Positions 8,325 to 17,765 of a DNA stretch of 34,905 nucleotides are shown in pieces. How positions within the stretch are numbered: position 1 is the first letter of the stretch; every line of letters starts with the position of its first letter. Origin of the DNA: an uncultured Ruminococcus sp. (GTDB lineage Bacteria; Bacillota; Clostridia; Oscillospirales; CAG-272); the NCBI GenBank assembly GCA_964638045.1, contig CAZWXE010000002.1, positions 1 through 34,905 of the forward strand, in the 5' to 3' direction. The position numbers and the translations under genes were made by a program. Under the pieces are notes generated by a model, which worked only from the letters and a program-made list of their open reading frames with translations, made no database searches and had not been told where the DNA came from.

Positions 8325-11300
8325 TTATTTGCTTTTATAGGCACGGTCGCAGCTCTGACGGATGGGACAGTAGGTGCATGCTTCTTCGGAGGGTTCTTTT
8401 TGCGCCTCTCCGTCCGAAATTCGCTGTGCGATGTCGGCGACGGCAGCCATCATTTGGCAGTTCAGTGCGTCAATGTCCTGTCTGCTTTGCTTGAGCAGCT
8501 TTGCGGTGTACAGGTGTGTCGGTGTTCGGTCGGCTGCGTTTAATACGTCTTCTTCGTCCAACAGAAAGCCGCTGCGCCGAATTTGGGTTTTTCCGTCCTC
8601 GTTTGCCGCGTACAGGTATTGCGCGCCCGCGGGCTCCACGCGTCCGTCCTGCTTGGAAAGCACCGCAAACAGATACAAAACCAGTTGAATATCCGCGCCG
8701 CTGCACACATCATCCAAGGAAAAACGGTGTTCTCCGGATTTATAATCCACGACGCGCACATAAAGCTTGCTGTTGTGACGGTACAGGTCGATGCGGTCCA
8801 CCTTGCCGCTCAGAAAGACCTGTGAGCCGTTTTTCAGAGTCAATGTGACGGGAGGAAGGCTGTTCTCGCCGTTGCCGCCGATGGTTTTTTCAAAGGCGTA
8901 GGGGATGAATTCTCCGGCATTCAGCTCTCCCAAAATATCATTCAGCATCAACAATGCCAAACGTCGCAAGCGTTCGAACAAATGCAGCATGCGATGGCTG
9001 AATTGTTCCGGCGGGAGTGGGTAAATTTGCGCAAAATAATCGGCAATGATGTCATCCGCCAGCGCTTCCATGCGGTCGGGGGAGGGCGGCAAAAGACTTC
9101 CGTCGCTTTGCAGAGATGCCTTTAGAAAATGCTCGAAAATGTAGTGGAGAAAGTTTCCGTCATCCGCAAATCCGGGTGCGGCGCTTTTCTTTTCGCGCAG
9201 CCGAAGCACATAGGTGCTGAAATAACGGTACGGACAAAGCATAAAATCGCGAATTTTGGATTGCGACAAATACAGACGGCTTCCGGCCGGAAGGGCGGGA
9301 AACAGCAGGGGCGGCTCTTTGTCCGCACGCAGGTCCGGTGCGCCGGCGGCTTGACGGCACGCTTGCAGGTCAAAGGTTTCGGGTGCTTTGCCGAACAGCT
9401 CCGCCGTGCGGGTAAACGCAAGCGAGGGACTCTTGACGGAGCCGTCGCTTTTTGCGGATACGGTAAACAGGAGCAGCCGTTCGGTCGGCTTTGTCATGGC
9501 ACGGTATACAAACAGCAGCTCCTCCGAGGTGCGAAGCGCTTGATTGGAATGAAAGAGCATGCCGTGGCGCTTGAGCTCCTCTTTTTCGGAATCGCTCAAA
9601 ATGCCGTCCGAATCGATGGTTTTCGGAAATTCACCTTCACAAAGCCCGAGCAGCAACGAGGCGCGAATGCGTTCCACACGGAGCGTGGAGGCCGAGCCGA
9701 TGATGACGCAATCGCCGACGTTGGGAACGGAGCCCAAGTCGCTTTCGGCAAGCATGAGAGAAAGCAAGGAGGAAAATTCCTCCGGTGTTACCTCCGTATC
9801 GGGAAGCAGCTTGCTCAATGTGGTCAGGCTCTCCGTGACGGCGGAATACAGGCGCAGGGTTTCGCCTGCCTCGCGGAGGTCCCCCGCCGCCAGCTCCGCT
9901 TCCGCACGGACGGAAAGTGTGTTTGCAATTTGCAAGCGTTCAAAAAAGCGATACAGTGCGGCGCAACGATGACGCAATTGAGCGGATGTGCTCAGGTCCG
10001 CGGCAAGCGCTTGCAGGGGAAGAATCAATTGCCGACGTACCCGGTTTGCCGCTTCCAGGATGGCATCCGCGCGCGGAGAACGCTCCGGTGTTAAGCCATC
10101 CGGGTTCATGCTCCATTCATCGTCCAAAAAGCGGGAGCCGCTGATGCTCCAGGTTTCACAGTATTCTTCAAACAAGGCCGCATCTCTGCTGTCGATGCCG
10201 AGTAATTCCGTTTTCAGCAGCATGATAACATCCTGCGCACGGTAATTCCTTTGAATGCAACGCAGCGCCGACATGATCAAACGGTAAAACGGCTTGGACG
10301 TGAGCTCTGTTTTTTGCGATAAAAAGTATGGAATTTGATGCCGCCTCAGCGTTGCGTCCAAAACGCCTCTGTATGCCTCCGTATCCCGCACCAGAATGGC
10401 AATTTCCCCGCATTTCATTCCGCTTTGCAGCAATTCCGACACGGTCAGTGCGGCCGCCTCCGCTTCCTCGTAGATATTTGCACAGCTGTACAGCGAAATG
10501 TTGGGAGAGGGTGTTTCCTTCAAGCGTGTACGCTCGGCGGAGCTTAAACGGAATTTCCAAAGGAATTGCTCCAGCAACACCAGGTCGGCGGGCTTTTCGG
10601 AGGCGTCGGCGTCAAGCGTGAGCATTTTTGTTTTCGTACCGGCCAGATTGGCACATTCCAGCAACCGTTTGACCGTTTGCGTAACCGTTTCGAAGTGGGG
10701 AAGCTCGGAAAACGGGCAATCGGTACACAACGCAACCGTTACGCAGTCTGCCTGCTTCATCAGGGCTTGCAGAACGCGGTACTCCGGTACGGTAAAGCTG
10801 GTGAAGGAGTCGATGTAAATGTGGCACCCCTCGAAGCAGGAATGCTCTCGCAGGACCTCCGACAGGCGCAACAGCTCATCTGCCGGGGCGGCTCCGAAGC
10901 ATTCCTCCGTTTTTGCGCGAAACAGAGAGACAAGAAGGTCCATGTCCGATATTTTTTTGAACAGCGCGGTGTCCGGCGGAAGCTCTTTTAGAATTTCCTC
11001 CAATTGCGCGGCATCGATGCCGTTGCTTCTCAATTCATCCATTGCGGAAAGGACGGTGAAAATGAAGGAGCTGTCAAAATTGTCGTTTACCCGATAATGT
11101 GCAAGCATGGGCTTCGCGGTGCGCAGGGTATCCCACATGAGCACCGAGCGAATTCCTTTTTGTACGGTGGGCGCGACAAGGCCGCCGTATTCCCGAAAAA
11201 CATTCTTTGCCAGAACGGAAAAATTGACAACCTCAAAAAACAGCCCGGCGTTTTTCGGCAACTGCTCGGCGCATTCACGTTCGCTGAGATAGGCCTGCTG

Positions 11301-11411
11301 CTCCGGAACCAGCAGGAAGGAACGTGTTCCGTCGGCAATGTCCTTTTTGAGTTCTTCCATGATGGCTCGGCTTTTTCCGGCCCCGGACGGACCGCAGAGC
11401 AGCTTTAGCAT
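8325..11411 (-). CDS. addB: ATP-dependent helicase/deoxyribonuclease subunit B (AddB/RexB), 1028 aa
   Basis: N-terminal GPSGAGKS Walker A. C-terminal nuclease motif (VDRIDL...VVDYKSG). Cysteines of the AddB Fe-S staple (LCPYRYF ... CTYCPIRQSC). Sits 18 nt upstream of addA. Confidence 0.93.
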   Translation of the reverse strand: MLKLLCGPSGAGKSRAIMEELKKDIADGTRSFLLVPEQQAYLSERECAEQLPKNAGLFFEVVNFSVLAKNVFREYGGLVAPTVQKGIRSVLMWDTLRTAKPMLAHYRVNDNFDSSFIFTVLSAMDELRSNGIDAAQLEEILKELPPDTALFKKISDMDLLVSLFRAKTEECFGAAPADELLRLSEVLREHSCFEGCHIYIDSFTSFTVPEYRVLQALMKQADCVTVALCTDCPFSELPHFETVTQTVKRLLECANLAGTKTKMLTLDADASEKPADLVLLEQFLWKFRLSSAERTRLKETPSPNISLYSCANIYEEAEAAALTVSELLQSGMKCGEIAILVRDTEAYRGVLDATLRRHQIPYFLSQKTELTSKPFYRLIMSALRCIQRNYRAQDVIMLLKTELLGIDSRDAALFEEYCETWSISGSRFLDDEWSMNPDGLTPERSPRADAILEAANRVRRQLILPLQALAADLSTSAQLRHRCAALYRFFERLQIANTLSVRAEAELAAGDLREAGETLRLYSAVTESLTTLSKLLPDTEVTPEEFSSLLSLMLAESDLGSVPNVGDCVIIGSASTLRVERIRASLLLGLCEGEFPKTIDSDGILSDSEKEELKRHGMLFHSNQALRTSEELLFVYRAMTKPTERLLLFTVSAKSDGSVKSPSLAFTRTAELFGKAPETFDLQACRQAAGAPDLRADKEPPLLFPALPAGSRLYLSQSKIRDFMLCPYRYFSTYVLRLREKKSAAPGFADDGNFLHYIFEHFLKASLQSDGSLLPPSPDRMEALADDIIADYFAQIYPLPPEQFSHRMLHLFERLRRLALLMLNDILGELNAGEFIPYAFEKTIGGNGENSLPPVTLTLKNGSQVFLSGKVDRIDLYRHNSKLYVRVVDYKSGEHRFSLDDVCSGADIQLVLYLFAVLSKQDGRVEPAGAQYLYAANEDGKTQIRRSGFLLDEEDVLNAADRTPTHLYTAKLLKQSRQDIDALNCQMMAAVADIAQRISDGEAQKEPSEEACTYCPIRQSCDRAYKSK

Positions 11412-11434
11412 AACAGTTTCTCCCTTCCGACAGA

Positions 11435-12256
11435 TTAATTCTTTTTGCTGTTCTCAAACAGCTTCAAATTGCGTTCGATGACGGCTCTTCCGCGCCAGGA
11501 ATAGGCGCGTTCGGAGAATTCGACGTCATCCATTGCAGCCAGCTGTGACAATGTCAGATGCGCGATGGGATTGCGGTAAAAGAATTCAATCGGTGTGTAA
11601 ATACTGCCGCTTTCCATTGCCCGTTTGGTGTGCGGACAAGCCTCCTGGCAGATGTCGCAGCCCCAAACACTGCCGTATTTCAGGATGCTTTCTTCTTCGC
11701 TTTCGGTCAGCGTCCCTTTTTTTTGTGTCAGCGCGGAAAGGCATCCGCCGCAATCTTGCGCAGGGCAGGCGCGCAGGCAGGCTCCGCAATTTTCGCAGGA
11801 TGCGATTTCTCCGATTTGATGAGGAAGAACGGCGTCGGTGAACAGCTCGCCGAGAAAAATATAGGAGGAATACCGCGGCGTCAGCAGCAAATGATTTTTG
11901 CCGATGACACCGAGTCCCGCCTTGGCGGCGGCTTCGACCTCGGCGATGGGGGAATGGTCCGAAAAATATGCAAAGCGGTTCTCCGGAAATTGCTTGCGCA
12001 GCTTTGTAAGCAGCTCCTCAAACAGTTCTTCAAAATAATTGTGATAATTGTAAGATACGGCATATGCGGAGAGGTTCCGTTGCGCATCCTTGCAGGCTGA
12101 CGTGTAGTAGGGAATGGCAACCAGAAGCACACTGCCGTCCGTGATGCCCTCACGCTCCAGCAAATAGGACTTTTGAATGCGGCATTCGCTCAAGGGAAGC
12201 GCCGCAAAGCTGTCAATCTTTCTTTCTTTGAAAAAATTTGATAAAAAAGTAAACAT
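11435..12256 (-). CDS. QueG-family 4Fe-4S protein (short epoxyqueuosine-reductase-like), 273 aa
   Basis: Two ferredoxin-type cluster motifs (CENCGACLRACP and CDICQEACP) in a QueG-like arrangement, with a DUF1730-like N-terminus. Shorter than canonical QueG, so the exact function is uncertain. Sits 23 nt upstream of addB. Confidence 0.65.
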   Translation of the reverse strand: MFTFLSNFFKERKIDSFAALPLSECRIQKSYLLEREGITDGSVLLVAIPYYTSACKDAQRNLSAYAVSYNYHNYFEELFEELLTKLRKQFPENRFAYFSDHSPIAEVEAAAKAGLGVIGKNHLLLTPRYSSYIFLGELFTDAVLPHQIGEIASCENCGACLRACPAQDCGGCLSALTQKKGTLTESEEESILKYGSVWGCDICQEACPHTKRAMESGSIYTPIEFFYRNPIAHLTLSQLAAMDDVEFSERAYSWRGRAVIERNLKLFENSKKN

Positions 12257-12280
12257 TTCTCATTCTTTCCGACATTTTTG

Positions 12281-12289
12281 TGGTATAAT
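12281..12289 (+). promoter_or_regulatory. Possible extended -10 promoter (TGGTATAAT) far upstream of htrA
   Basis: A TGnTATAAT match but a poor -35 (CATTCT). It would give a leader of about 185 nt. A second -10 (TATAAT at 12420-12425) lies closer to htrA, preceded by the inverted repeat CTTCAA-N12-TTGAAG. Confidence 0.3.
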
Positions 12290-12327
12290 TAGAAAGAGCG
12301 TGTATTCGCTCTCGCTTGTCTGCTTCA

Positions 12328-12356
12328 ATTATATCAAAAACGCACGGAAAAAGCAA
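12328..12356 (-). promoter_or_regulatory. Candidate sigma-A promoter for the queG-like, addB, addA operon
   Basis: Minus strand reads TTGCTT, 17 nt, TATAAT, with a TGA extended -10. Confidence 0.5.
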
Positions 12357-12480
12357 TAAAAAAACAGCTTTTTCAAGGTTTTTTTGATTGCTCTTCAAGT
12401 TCCTGTCACATTGAAGCGGTATAATGCGGTTGTCTTTGGATATTGTTCGCATCAATCGTTTTTGGGAGGAACATAAACAA

Positions 12481-13794
12481 ATGAACAACGAAAATTCGTC
12501 GTATGACATCTTCGGCCAGCCGCAGCCGTCGCAAAACGGTGCGGAAGCAAACGAAGCACAGCATTCGGAAGCCACCTATGAATATGTGTTTTCACAGGGG
12601 GTGCCGCCCACGCAGCCGAAGAAAAACGGAAACAGGAGGCATCGCTTTTTGGTCGGCTGTGTAGCCGTGCTGATGTGTGCATTGCTTTCTTTTTCCTGCG
12701 GCATGTTCGGGGCGCTTTATGTGCAGGTTGCGCTTGCAAAGGACGGAAGCTCCTATTATTCCGCGCCCGAAAAAAATAAATTGTACTCCGACGCACAGGA
12801 ACACCTGAACAAAGCGGAGGGCGTCGGCTCTCCGTACGGCTCTGCGGGAGAAAATGTGTTTTCTTATTCTCAGGTGGCCTTGGAGGTTGCCGACAGCGTT
12901 GTGGTTATCGATGCGCAGATTCCATCCGGAAGCTTCGGCTATTTGCATGAGAGTGCCGGCAGCGGCGTTGTCATCTCGGAAAGCGGGTATATTCTAACCT
13001 GCAATCATGTGGTGGAAAATGCAAAAAAAATCACGGTTACACTCAATTCCGGCAATGTTTACGAGGCCGCGTTGGTCGGAAGCGACCGTACCAGCGATTT
13101 GGCGGTGCTGCTGATTGAGCCGAGAGAAGCATTGACTGCCGCAAGACAGGGAAGCAGCGCGGACCTGGTGCTCGGAGAGCAGGTCATTGCCATCGGAAAT
13201 CCCCTCGGTGTTCTCGGCGGTACGGTTACCAACGGCATCATCAGCGCCACCGAGCGTACCGTTTCGATGTCCGATGGAACGCAAATGAAGCTGCTGCAAA
13301 CCAATGCAGCCATCAATTCCGGCAACAGCGGCGGCGGATTGTTTAATTTGGCGGGGCAGCTGGTCGGTATTGTGAACGCAAAATATGCGGCGGAAGGCGT
13401 GGAGGGCTTGGCCTTTGCCATTCCGATTGATTCGGCCTATGCCGTGGAATGCGATTTGATTGAGCACGGCTATGTGCGCGGCGTGGCGGACTGTGGCTTG
13501 GAGCTGCTGGATATTACAAAAGCAAACCTCAACGGGTATCGGTGGTGCGGCATTGACACGGTCGGTGTCTATGTGGTGTCCTCCGAATATACAGATGAGC
13601 TGCAAAACAAGGACCGTATCATTTCCGTCGACGGCGAAGCGGTGTCCCTTGCGGACGAGGTTCAAGCCATCGTGGCACAGCACAAGGTGGGGGACAGCAT
13701 CACCGTGGTTGTTTCCCGCGACGGCAGAGAGCTGAGCGTCACCGTTACCCTGCGGGAATATGTTCCGGACAGCATCAAAAACAAAACGGATTGA
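12481..13794 (+). CDS. htrA: HtrA/DegP-family (S1C) serine protease with N-terminal membrane anchor and C-terminal PDZ domain (437 aa)
   Basis: Catalytic triad contexts LTCNHVV, SDLAVLL and GNSGGGLF. One TM segment (FLVGCVAVLMCALLSF). Start set at the ATG at 12481, with GGGAGGA 10 nt upstream. Confidence 0.9.
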   Translation: MNNENSSYDIFGQPQPSQNGAEANEAQHSEATYEYVFSQGVPPTQPKKNGNRRHRFLVGCVAVLMCALLSFSCGMFGALYVQVALAKDGSSYYSAPEKNKLYSDAQEHLNKAEGVGSPYGSAGENVFSYSQVALEVADSVVVIDAQIPSGSFGYLHESAGSGVVISESGYILTCNHVVENAKKITVTLNSGNVYEAALVGSDRTSDLAVLLIEPREALTAARQGSSADLVLGEQVIAIGNPLGVLGGTVTNGIISATERTVSMSDGTQMKLLQTNAAINSGNSGGGLFNLAGQLVGIVNAKYAAEGVEGLAFAIPIDSAYAVECDLIEHGYVRGVADCGLELLDITKANLNGYRWCGIDTVGVYVVSSEYTDELQNKDRIISVDGEAVSLADEVQAIVAQHKVGDSITVVVSRDGRELSVTVTLREYVPDSIKNKTD

Positions 13795-13849
13795 TTCGCA
13801 AACGAACGACGCGTCGCAAGCAAATACGATTACAAAGGAGATATGGGGT

Positions 13850-14548
13850 ATGTACCACATTTTAGTCGTTGACGATGAGTCCCGTATCCGCACCATTATC
13901 CGAAAATATGCGGAGTTTGAGGGACATGAGGTCACGGAGGCGGCAGACGGCATGGAGGCGGTTTTGCTTTGCCGTAAAAGCACTTATGACTTGATTATCA
14001 TGGATATTATGATGCCCGAGCTCGACGGCTTTTCTGCCTGTCGCGAGATTCGCAAGGTTACTCAAACTCCCATTATTATGCTTTCGGCGCGTGGAGAGGA
14101 ATATGACCGAATTAACGGCTTTGAGGTCGGCATTGACGATTACGTTGTCAAGCCTTTTTCTCCCAAGGAGCTGATGCTTCGTATTGATGCCATTATGAAG
14201 CGCACGAAGCACAAGGGGAGCGACGCGGACACGGGCACAAAGCCGAATGTCATTGTGGAGCTGGATGGGGGTGCCTTGAAGGCCGATGTGACGGCAAGGC
14301 TGGTTTACATCGACGGCCGTCGAGTGGAAATGTCGCCGAAGGAGTACGAGTTGTTCTTTTATCTGCTGTCCAACCGCAATATTGCTCTTTCCAGAGAGAA
14401 GCTGCTTTCCGAGGTTTGGGGATATGATTTTTACGGAGATGCCCGTACCTTGGACACCCACATCAAGCTGTTGCGTAAAAGTCTCGGTCGGTACAGCAAA
14501 TGCATTGTCACCTTACGCGGCGTAGGTTATCGGTTTGAGGAAGTATGA
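13850..14548 (+). CDS. OmpR/PhoB-family response regulator (232 aa)
   Basis: Receiver motifs ILVVDDE, DLIIMDIMMPELDG and KPF. Winged-helix C-terminus (LRGVGYRF). Start at 13850 with an AAGGAG RBS. Confidence 0.92.
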   Translation: MYHILVVDDESRIRTIIRKYAEFEGHEVTEAADGMEAVLLCRKSTYDLIIMDIMMPELDGFSACREIRKVTQTPIIMLSARGEEYDRINGFEVGIDDYVVKPFSPKELMLRIDAIMKRTKHKGSDADTGTKPNVIVELDGGALKADVTARLVYIDGRRVEMSPKEYELFFYLLSNRNIALSREKLLSEVWGYDFYGDARTLDTHIKLLRKSLGRYSKCIVTLRGVGYRFEEV

Positions 14549-16077
14549 CTGCCAAAAGAAAGAAAAAGAAAACATGCAGAGAATGGTTTCGCGGACACAG
14601 CATTCGGTGGAAGCTGATTGTTTGCTTTGCGCTGTTCATCGGAATGGCCTTGGTGGTGATGCTGCTGTTTCAGGTTTACCTTTTGAAATTTTTTCATGAG
14701 CAGTCCAAAAAGCAGGAGCTGTCAAAGGCGGCGAATTTGCTTGCCGAATCCATTGAAAAGTCCAATCTCGAACAGCTTGCATACAATTGTGCCACCGAAA
14801 GCAATGTCGGTGTCATGATTTACCGCAATGCGGAGCCGCAGGCGCAACTGATTGTCAACGTAGATGCCACGGGTAAGGTGGCGACGTTGTTGCCGGACAA
14901 ATATGTGTCCAAGCTGTATGACAAGGCAAGCGAAAACGGCGGTATCTGTTTTTCCAAAATCACTTTCGGCGGCTTTGAGGTGGAGGACGGAAATCTTTTG
15001 GATTTTGTAAAGGGGGACGGCAGCTCAAGTTCCGATGTGTTGCCCGAACACCTCCTGTTGGTTTACACCAAAATCGTTACCTCCTCATCGGGGGAAAAAT
15101 ATATGATTCTTTTGGGCTCAAGGCTGGTGCCGATGACATCCACGGTGCAAGCATTGAGAATCGAATTTGCCGTTCTTTCGACGCTCTTCCTGCTGGTGGG
15201 AGCGCTCATTGTTTGGCTCCTTTATCAAAACATTTCAAAGCCGCTGGTGCAAATGACCGGAACCGCAAAGCAATTGGCACAAGGCAATTACGACATTCAT
15301 TTTGCGGAAACAGGTTATCGCGAAACCGTAGAGCTGGCACAGGTTTTAAACTATGCCTCCGGGGAGCTTTCCAAGCTGGACCGGCTGCAGCAGGAGTTGA
15401 TTGCGAATATTTCCCATGATTTGCGCACACCGTTGACCATGATGAAGGGATATGCGGAGGTGATGCGCGATATTCCCGGGGAAAACACTCCGGAAAATAT
15501 GCAGGTTTTGATTGATGAAACGGCCAGACTTTCCGGTCTGGTCAACGATATGTTGGACCTTTCCAAAATCAAGGCGCAAAACCAACAGGCGAAAAAGGAG
15601 CTGTTTAACCTCACGCAAACTGTTTGCGACGTGATGAAGCGTTACGAAACGTTTGTCAAGCATCACGGCTTTTCCATTGAGCTGCGGGCCGACTGTCAGG
15701 TATTTGTGCTGGCAGACCGCGGTATGATTTTGCAGGTGCTGTACAACCTTATCAACAATGCGGTCAATTACAGCGGCGAGGAGAAAAGGGTGGTTGTTTC
15801 GCAAACCCTGACGGACGGACGTGTGCGCATTTCGGTTACCGATACGGGAGAAGGCATTGCGCCGGAGCAGCTTCCGTTTATTTGGAATCGCTATTACAAG
15901 GTGGACAAGGTTCATCAACGTGCCAGCATCGGTACCGGCCTCGGACTTTCCATTGTAAAAGAGGTTTTGGAGCAGCATCACGCGGCTTACGGCGTCAACA
16001 GCACCATCGGTAAGGGTTCTACCTTTTGGTTTGAGCTTCCCGTTGAGCAAAACAACAGTTTGGAGGATGACACTTGA
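14545..16077 (+). CDS. Membrane sensor histidine kinase with HAMP, HisKA and HATPase domains (510 aa)
   Basis: H-box ISHDLRTPLT, N-box LINNAVNYS, G1 DTGEGI, G2 GTGLGLSIV. Two TM segments flank an extracytoplasmic domain. ATGA overlap with the response regulator stop. Confidence 0.92.
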   Translation: MTAKRKKKKTCREWFRGHSIRWKLIVCFALFIGMALVVMLLFQVYLLKFFHEQSKKQELSKAANLLAESIEKSNLEQLAYNCATESNVGVMIYRNAEPQAQLIVNVDATGKVATLLPDKYVSKLYDKASENGGICFSKITFGGFEVEDGNLLDFVKGDGSSSSDVLPEHLLLVYTKIVTSSSGEKYMILLGSRLVPMTSTVQALRIEFAVLSTLFLLVGALIVWLLYQNISKPLVQMTGTAKQLAQGNYDIHFAETGYRETVELAQVLNYASGELSKLDRLQQELIANISHDLRTPLTMMKGYAEVMRDIPGENTPENMQVLIDETARLSGLVNDMLDLSKIKAQNQQAKKELFNLTQTVCDVMKRYETFVKHHGFSIELRADCQVFVLADRGMILQVLYNLINNAVNYSGEEKRVVVSQTLTDGRVRISVTDTGEGIAPEQLPFIWNRYYKVDKVHQRASIGTGLGLSIVKEVLEQHHAAYGVNSTIGKGSTFWFELPVEQNNSLEDDT

Positions 16078-16907
16078 ATGCTTCGGTTTTGACTTTTTTG
16101 CGTTGCCCCGTTTGCAACGGGAGGATGCAACACGGCGACGACGGCCGTTCCGTATTTTGCACGGGACAAAAAAAGCATTGCTTTGACCTGTCTAAAAGCG
16201 GATATTTGAATTTGGCGGGCCCTCACGGCGGCGAGGGGGATTTAAAGGAATCGGTGCGCTCCCGCAAGGCATTTTTGGACGGCGGGTATTATCGTCCGCT
16301 TGCCGATGCCGTTTCCGCAAAATTGGATGCAATCCGCGCCGAAACCGTATTGGACGCGGGTTGCGGTGAAGGTTACTATACCAATTGCTTTGCCGAGTCC
16401 GGCAGAGCGGTGCTCGGTGTGGATTTGTCCAAATGCGGCATTGATACTGCCGCCAAACGCGCCAAGGCACAGGAAACAGGTGCGGCATTTGCCGTGGCGG
16501 GTATTTTTGCGCTTCCCGTGGCGGATGCAAGCGTGGATGCGGTGGTGAATCTTTTTGCCCCATGCTCCGAAGCGGAGTTTTCCAGAGTGTTGCGTCCGAA
16601 CGGCACTTTGATTTTGGTGGGCGCGGGTGAGCGCCATTTGTGGGGATTGAAGGAGGTGCTTTACGATACTCCTTATCTCAACCAACCGCGCGCCGATTTA
16701 CCCGCCGGTATGGAGCTGCTTTCTCGGGAGCGGTTGCATTATGAGTTTACCGTGGAGGGCAACGAGCAGCTTATGGCACTGTTTTCCATGACGCCGTACT
16801 ATTGGAGAACCGCCGAAAAGGACCGGAAAAAGCTGCAAAATTTGGAGCGATTGACCACGGAAGCGGATTTTGACATATTTTTGTATAAAAAGGGAAGTGA
16901 CCTGTGA
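16074..16907 (+). CDS. RlmA-like SAM-dependent methyltransferase with N-terminal Cys4 zinc ribbon (277 aa)
   Basis: CPVC...C..KHC zinc ribbon followed by SGYLNL and SAM motif I (VLDAGCGEGYY), as in 23S rRNA G745/G748 methyltransferases. A TTG start is the only start upstream of the zinc ribbon. GGAGGA lies 6 nt upstream. Overlaps the kinase stop. Confidence 0.8.
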   Translation: MNASVLTFLRCPVCNGRMQHGDDGRSVFCTGQKKHCFDLSKSGYLNLAGPHGGEGDLKESVRSRKAFLDGGYYRPLADAVSAKLDAIRAETVLDAGCGEGYYTNCFAESGRAVLGVDLSKCGIDTAAKRAKAQETGAAFAVAGIFALPVADASVDAVVNLFAPCSEAEFSRVLRPNGTLILVGAGERHLWGLKEVLYDTPYLNQPRADLPAGMELLSRERLHYEFTVEGNEQLMALFSMTPYYWRTAEKDRKKLQNLERLTTEADFDIFLYKKGSDL

Positions 16908-17626
16908 TGAAAATTTCTGTTTGTATTCCGATGTATAATGAAAATCAAGTTATTGCGAAAAGCGCAACCGCTCTGTCTCGGTATATGGCCGCTCATTTCG
17001 ACGATTACGAAATTATTTATTGCAGTGACGGAAGCACCGACGGCTGTGCCGATACGGTGCGTTCTCTGGAGCTTCCATGCGTCAAGGTGTTGGAATATCA
17101 GCCCAATCAAGGCAAAGGGCATGCGGTGCGCACTGCCATGCTTGCGGCTACGGGGGATATTCGAATGTTTACCGACGCGGACCTTGCATACGGTACCGAC
17201 GTGATTGAACAGGCGGTAAAGGAATTTGAAGCGCATCCGGAGGCAGATCTGGTGTTGGGCTCCCGTAATTTGCAAAAGGACGGCTATGAGGGCTACACGT
17301 TCTTCCGCCGTTTGGCGTCTAAAACCTACATTCGCGTGCTGTGCATTGTCGGCGGATTCCGGTTGTCCGATTCTCAGTGCGGATTTAAGGCGTTTCGCGG
17401 CTCCGCGGCGGAACAAATTTTTCAAAGGGTGGAGACCGACGGCTTTGCGTTCGATTTTGAAGCCATTCTTTGGGCAACCAAACTGAAGTTGCATATTTGT
17501 GAAACACCCGTGCGCGTCATCAATCACGGTGCATCCAAGGTGCATGTTCTGCGCGATACGAGAAAGATGCTGCGCGATTTGATGAAAATGAAAAAGCGCA
17601 TTCGCAAAACGCCTGTCGACAATTGA
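16907..17626 (+). CDS. Family 2 glycosyltransferase (polyprenyl-phosphate glycosyltransferase-like), 239 aa
   Basis: ISVCIPMYNE, DGSTD and the DXD motif TDADL. The ATG at 16907 overlaps the preceding TGA (TGATG). A GTG at 16904 is an alternative start. Confidence 0.85.
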   Translation: MKISVCIPMYNENQVIAKSATALSRYMAAHFDDYEIIYCSDGSTDGCADTVRSLELPCVKVLEYQPNQGKGHAVRTAMLAATGDIRMFTDADLAYGTDVIEQAVKEFEAHPEADLVLGSRNLQKDGYEGYTFFRRLASKTYIRVLCIVGGFRLSDSQCGFKAFRGSAAEQIFQRVETDGFAFDFEAILWATKLKLHICETPVRVINHGASKVHVLRDTRKMLRDLMKMKKRIRKTPVDN

Positions 17627-17696
17627 ACAGGACAAATTTTGCGCGCGCTTTCGGTTAAACGCTGTTTGAAAAGTCGGTTGTTTTGACTGTAATTTA

Positions 17697-17736
17697 CGCC
17701 CCCTGCAAGACGTTGCGTTCTTGCAGGGGGCGTTTT
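17697..17736 (+). terminator. Intrinsic terminator ending the htrA-to-GT2 operon
   Basis: 14-bp GC-rich stem (CGCCCCCTGCAAGA / TCTTGCAGGGGGCG), 8-nt loop, then TTTT. Confidence 0.8.
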
Positions 17737-17765
17737 CGGCCTTCTTCTGTGATGTGTTCAAAATT

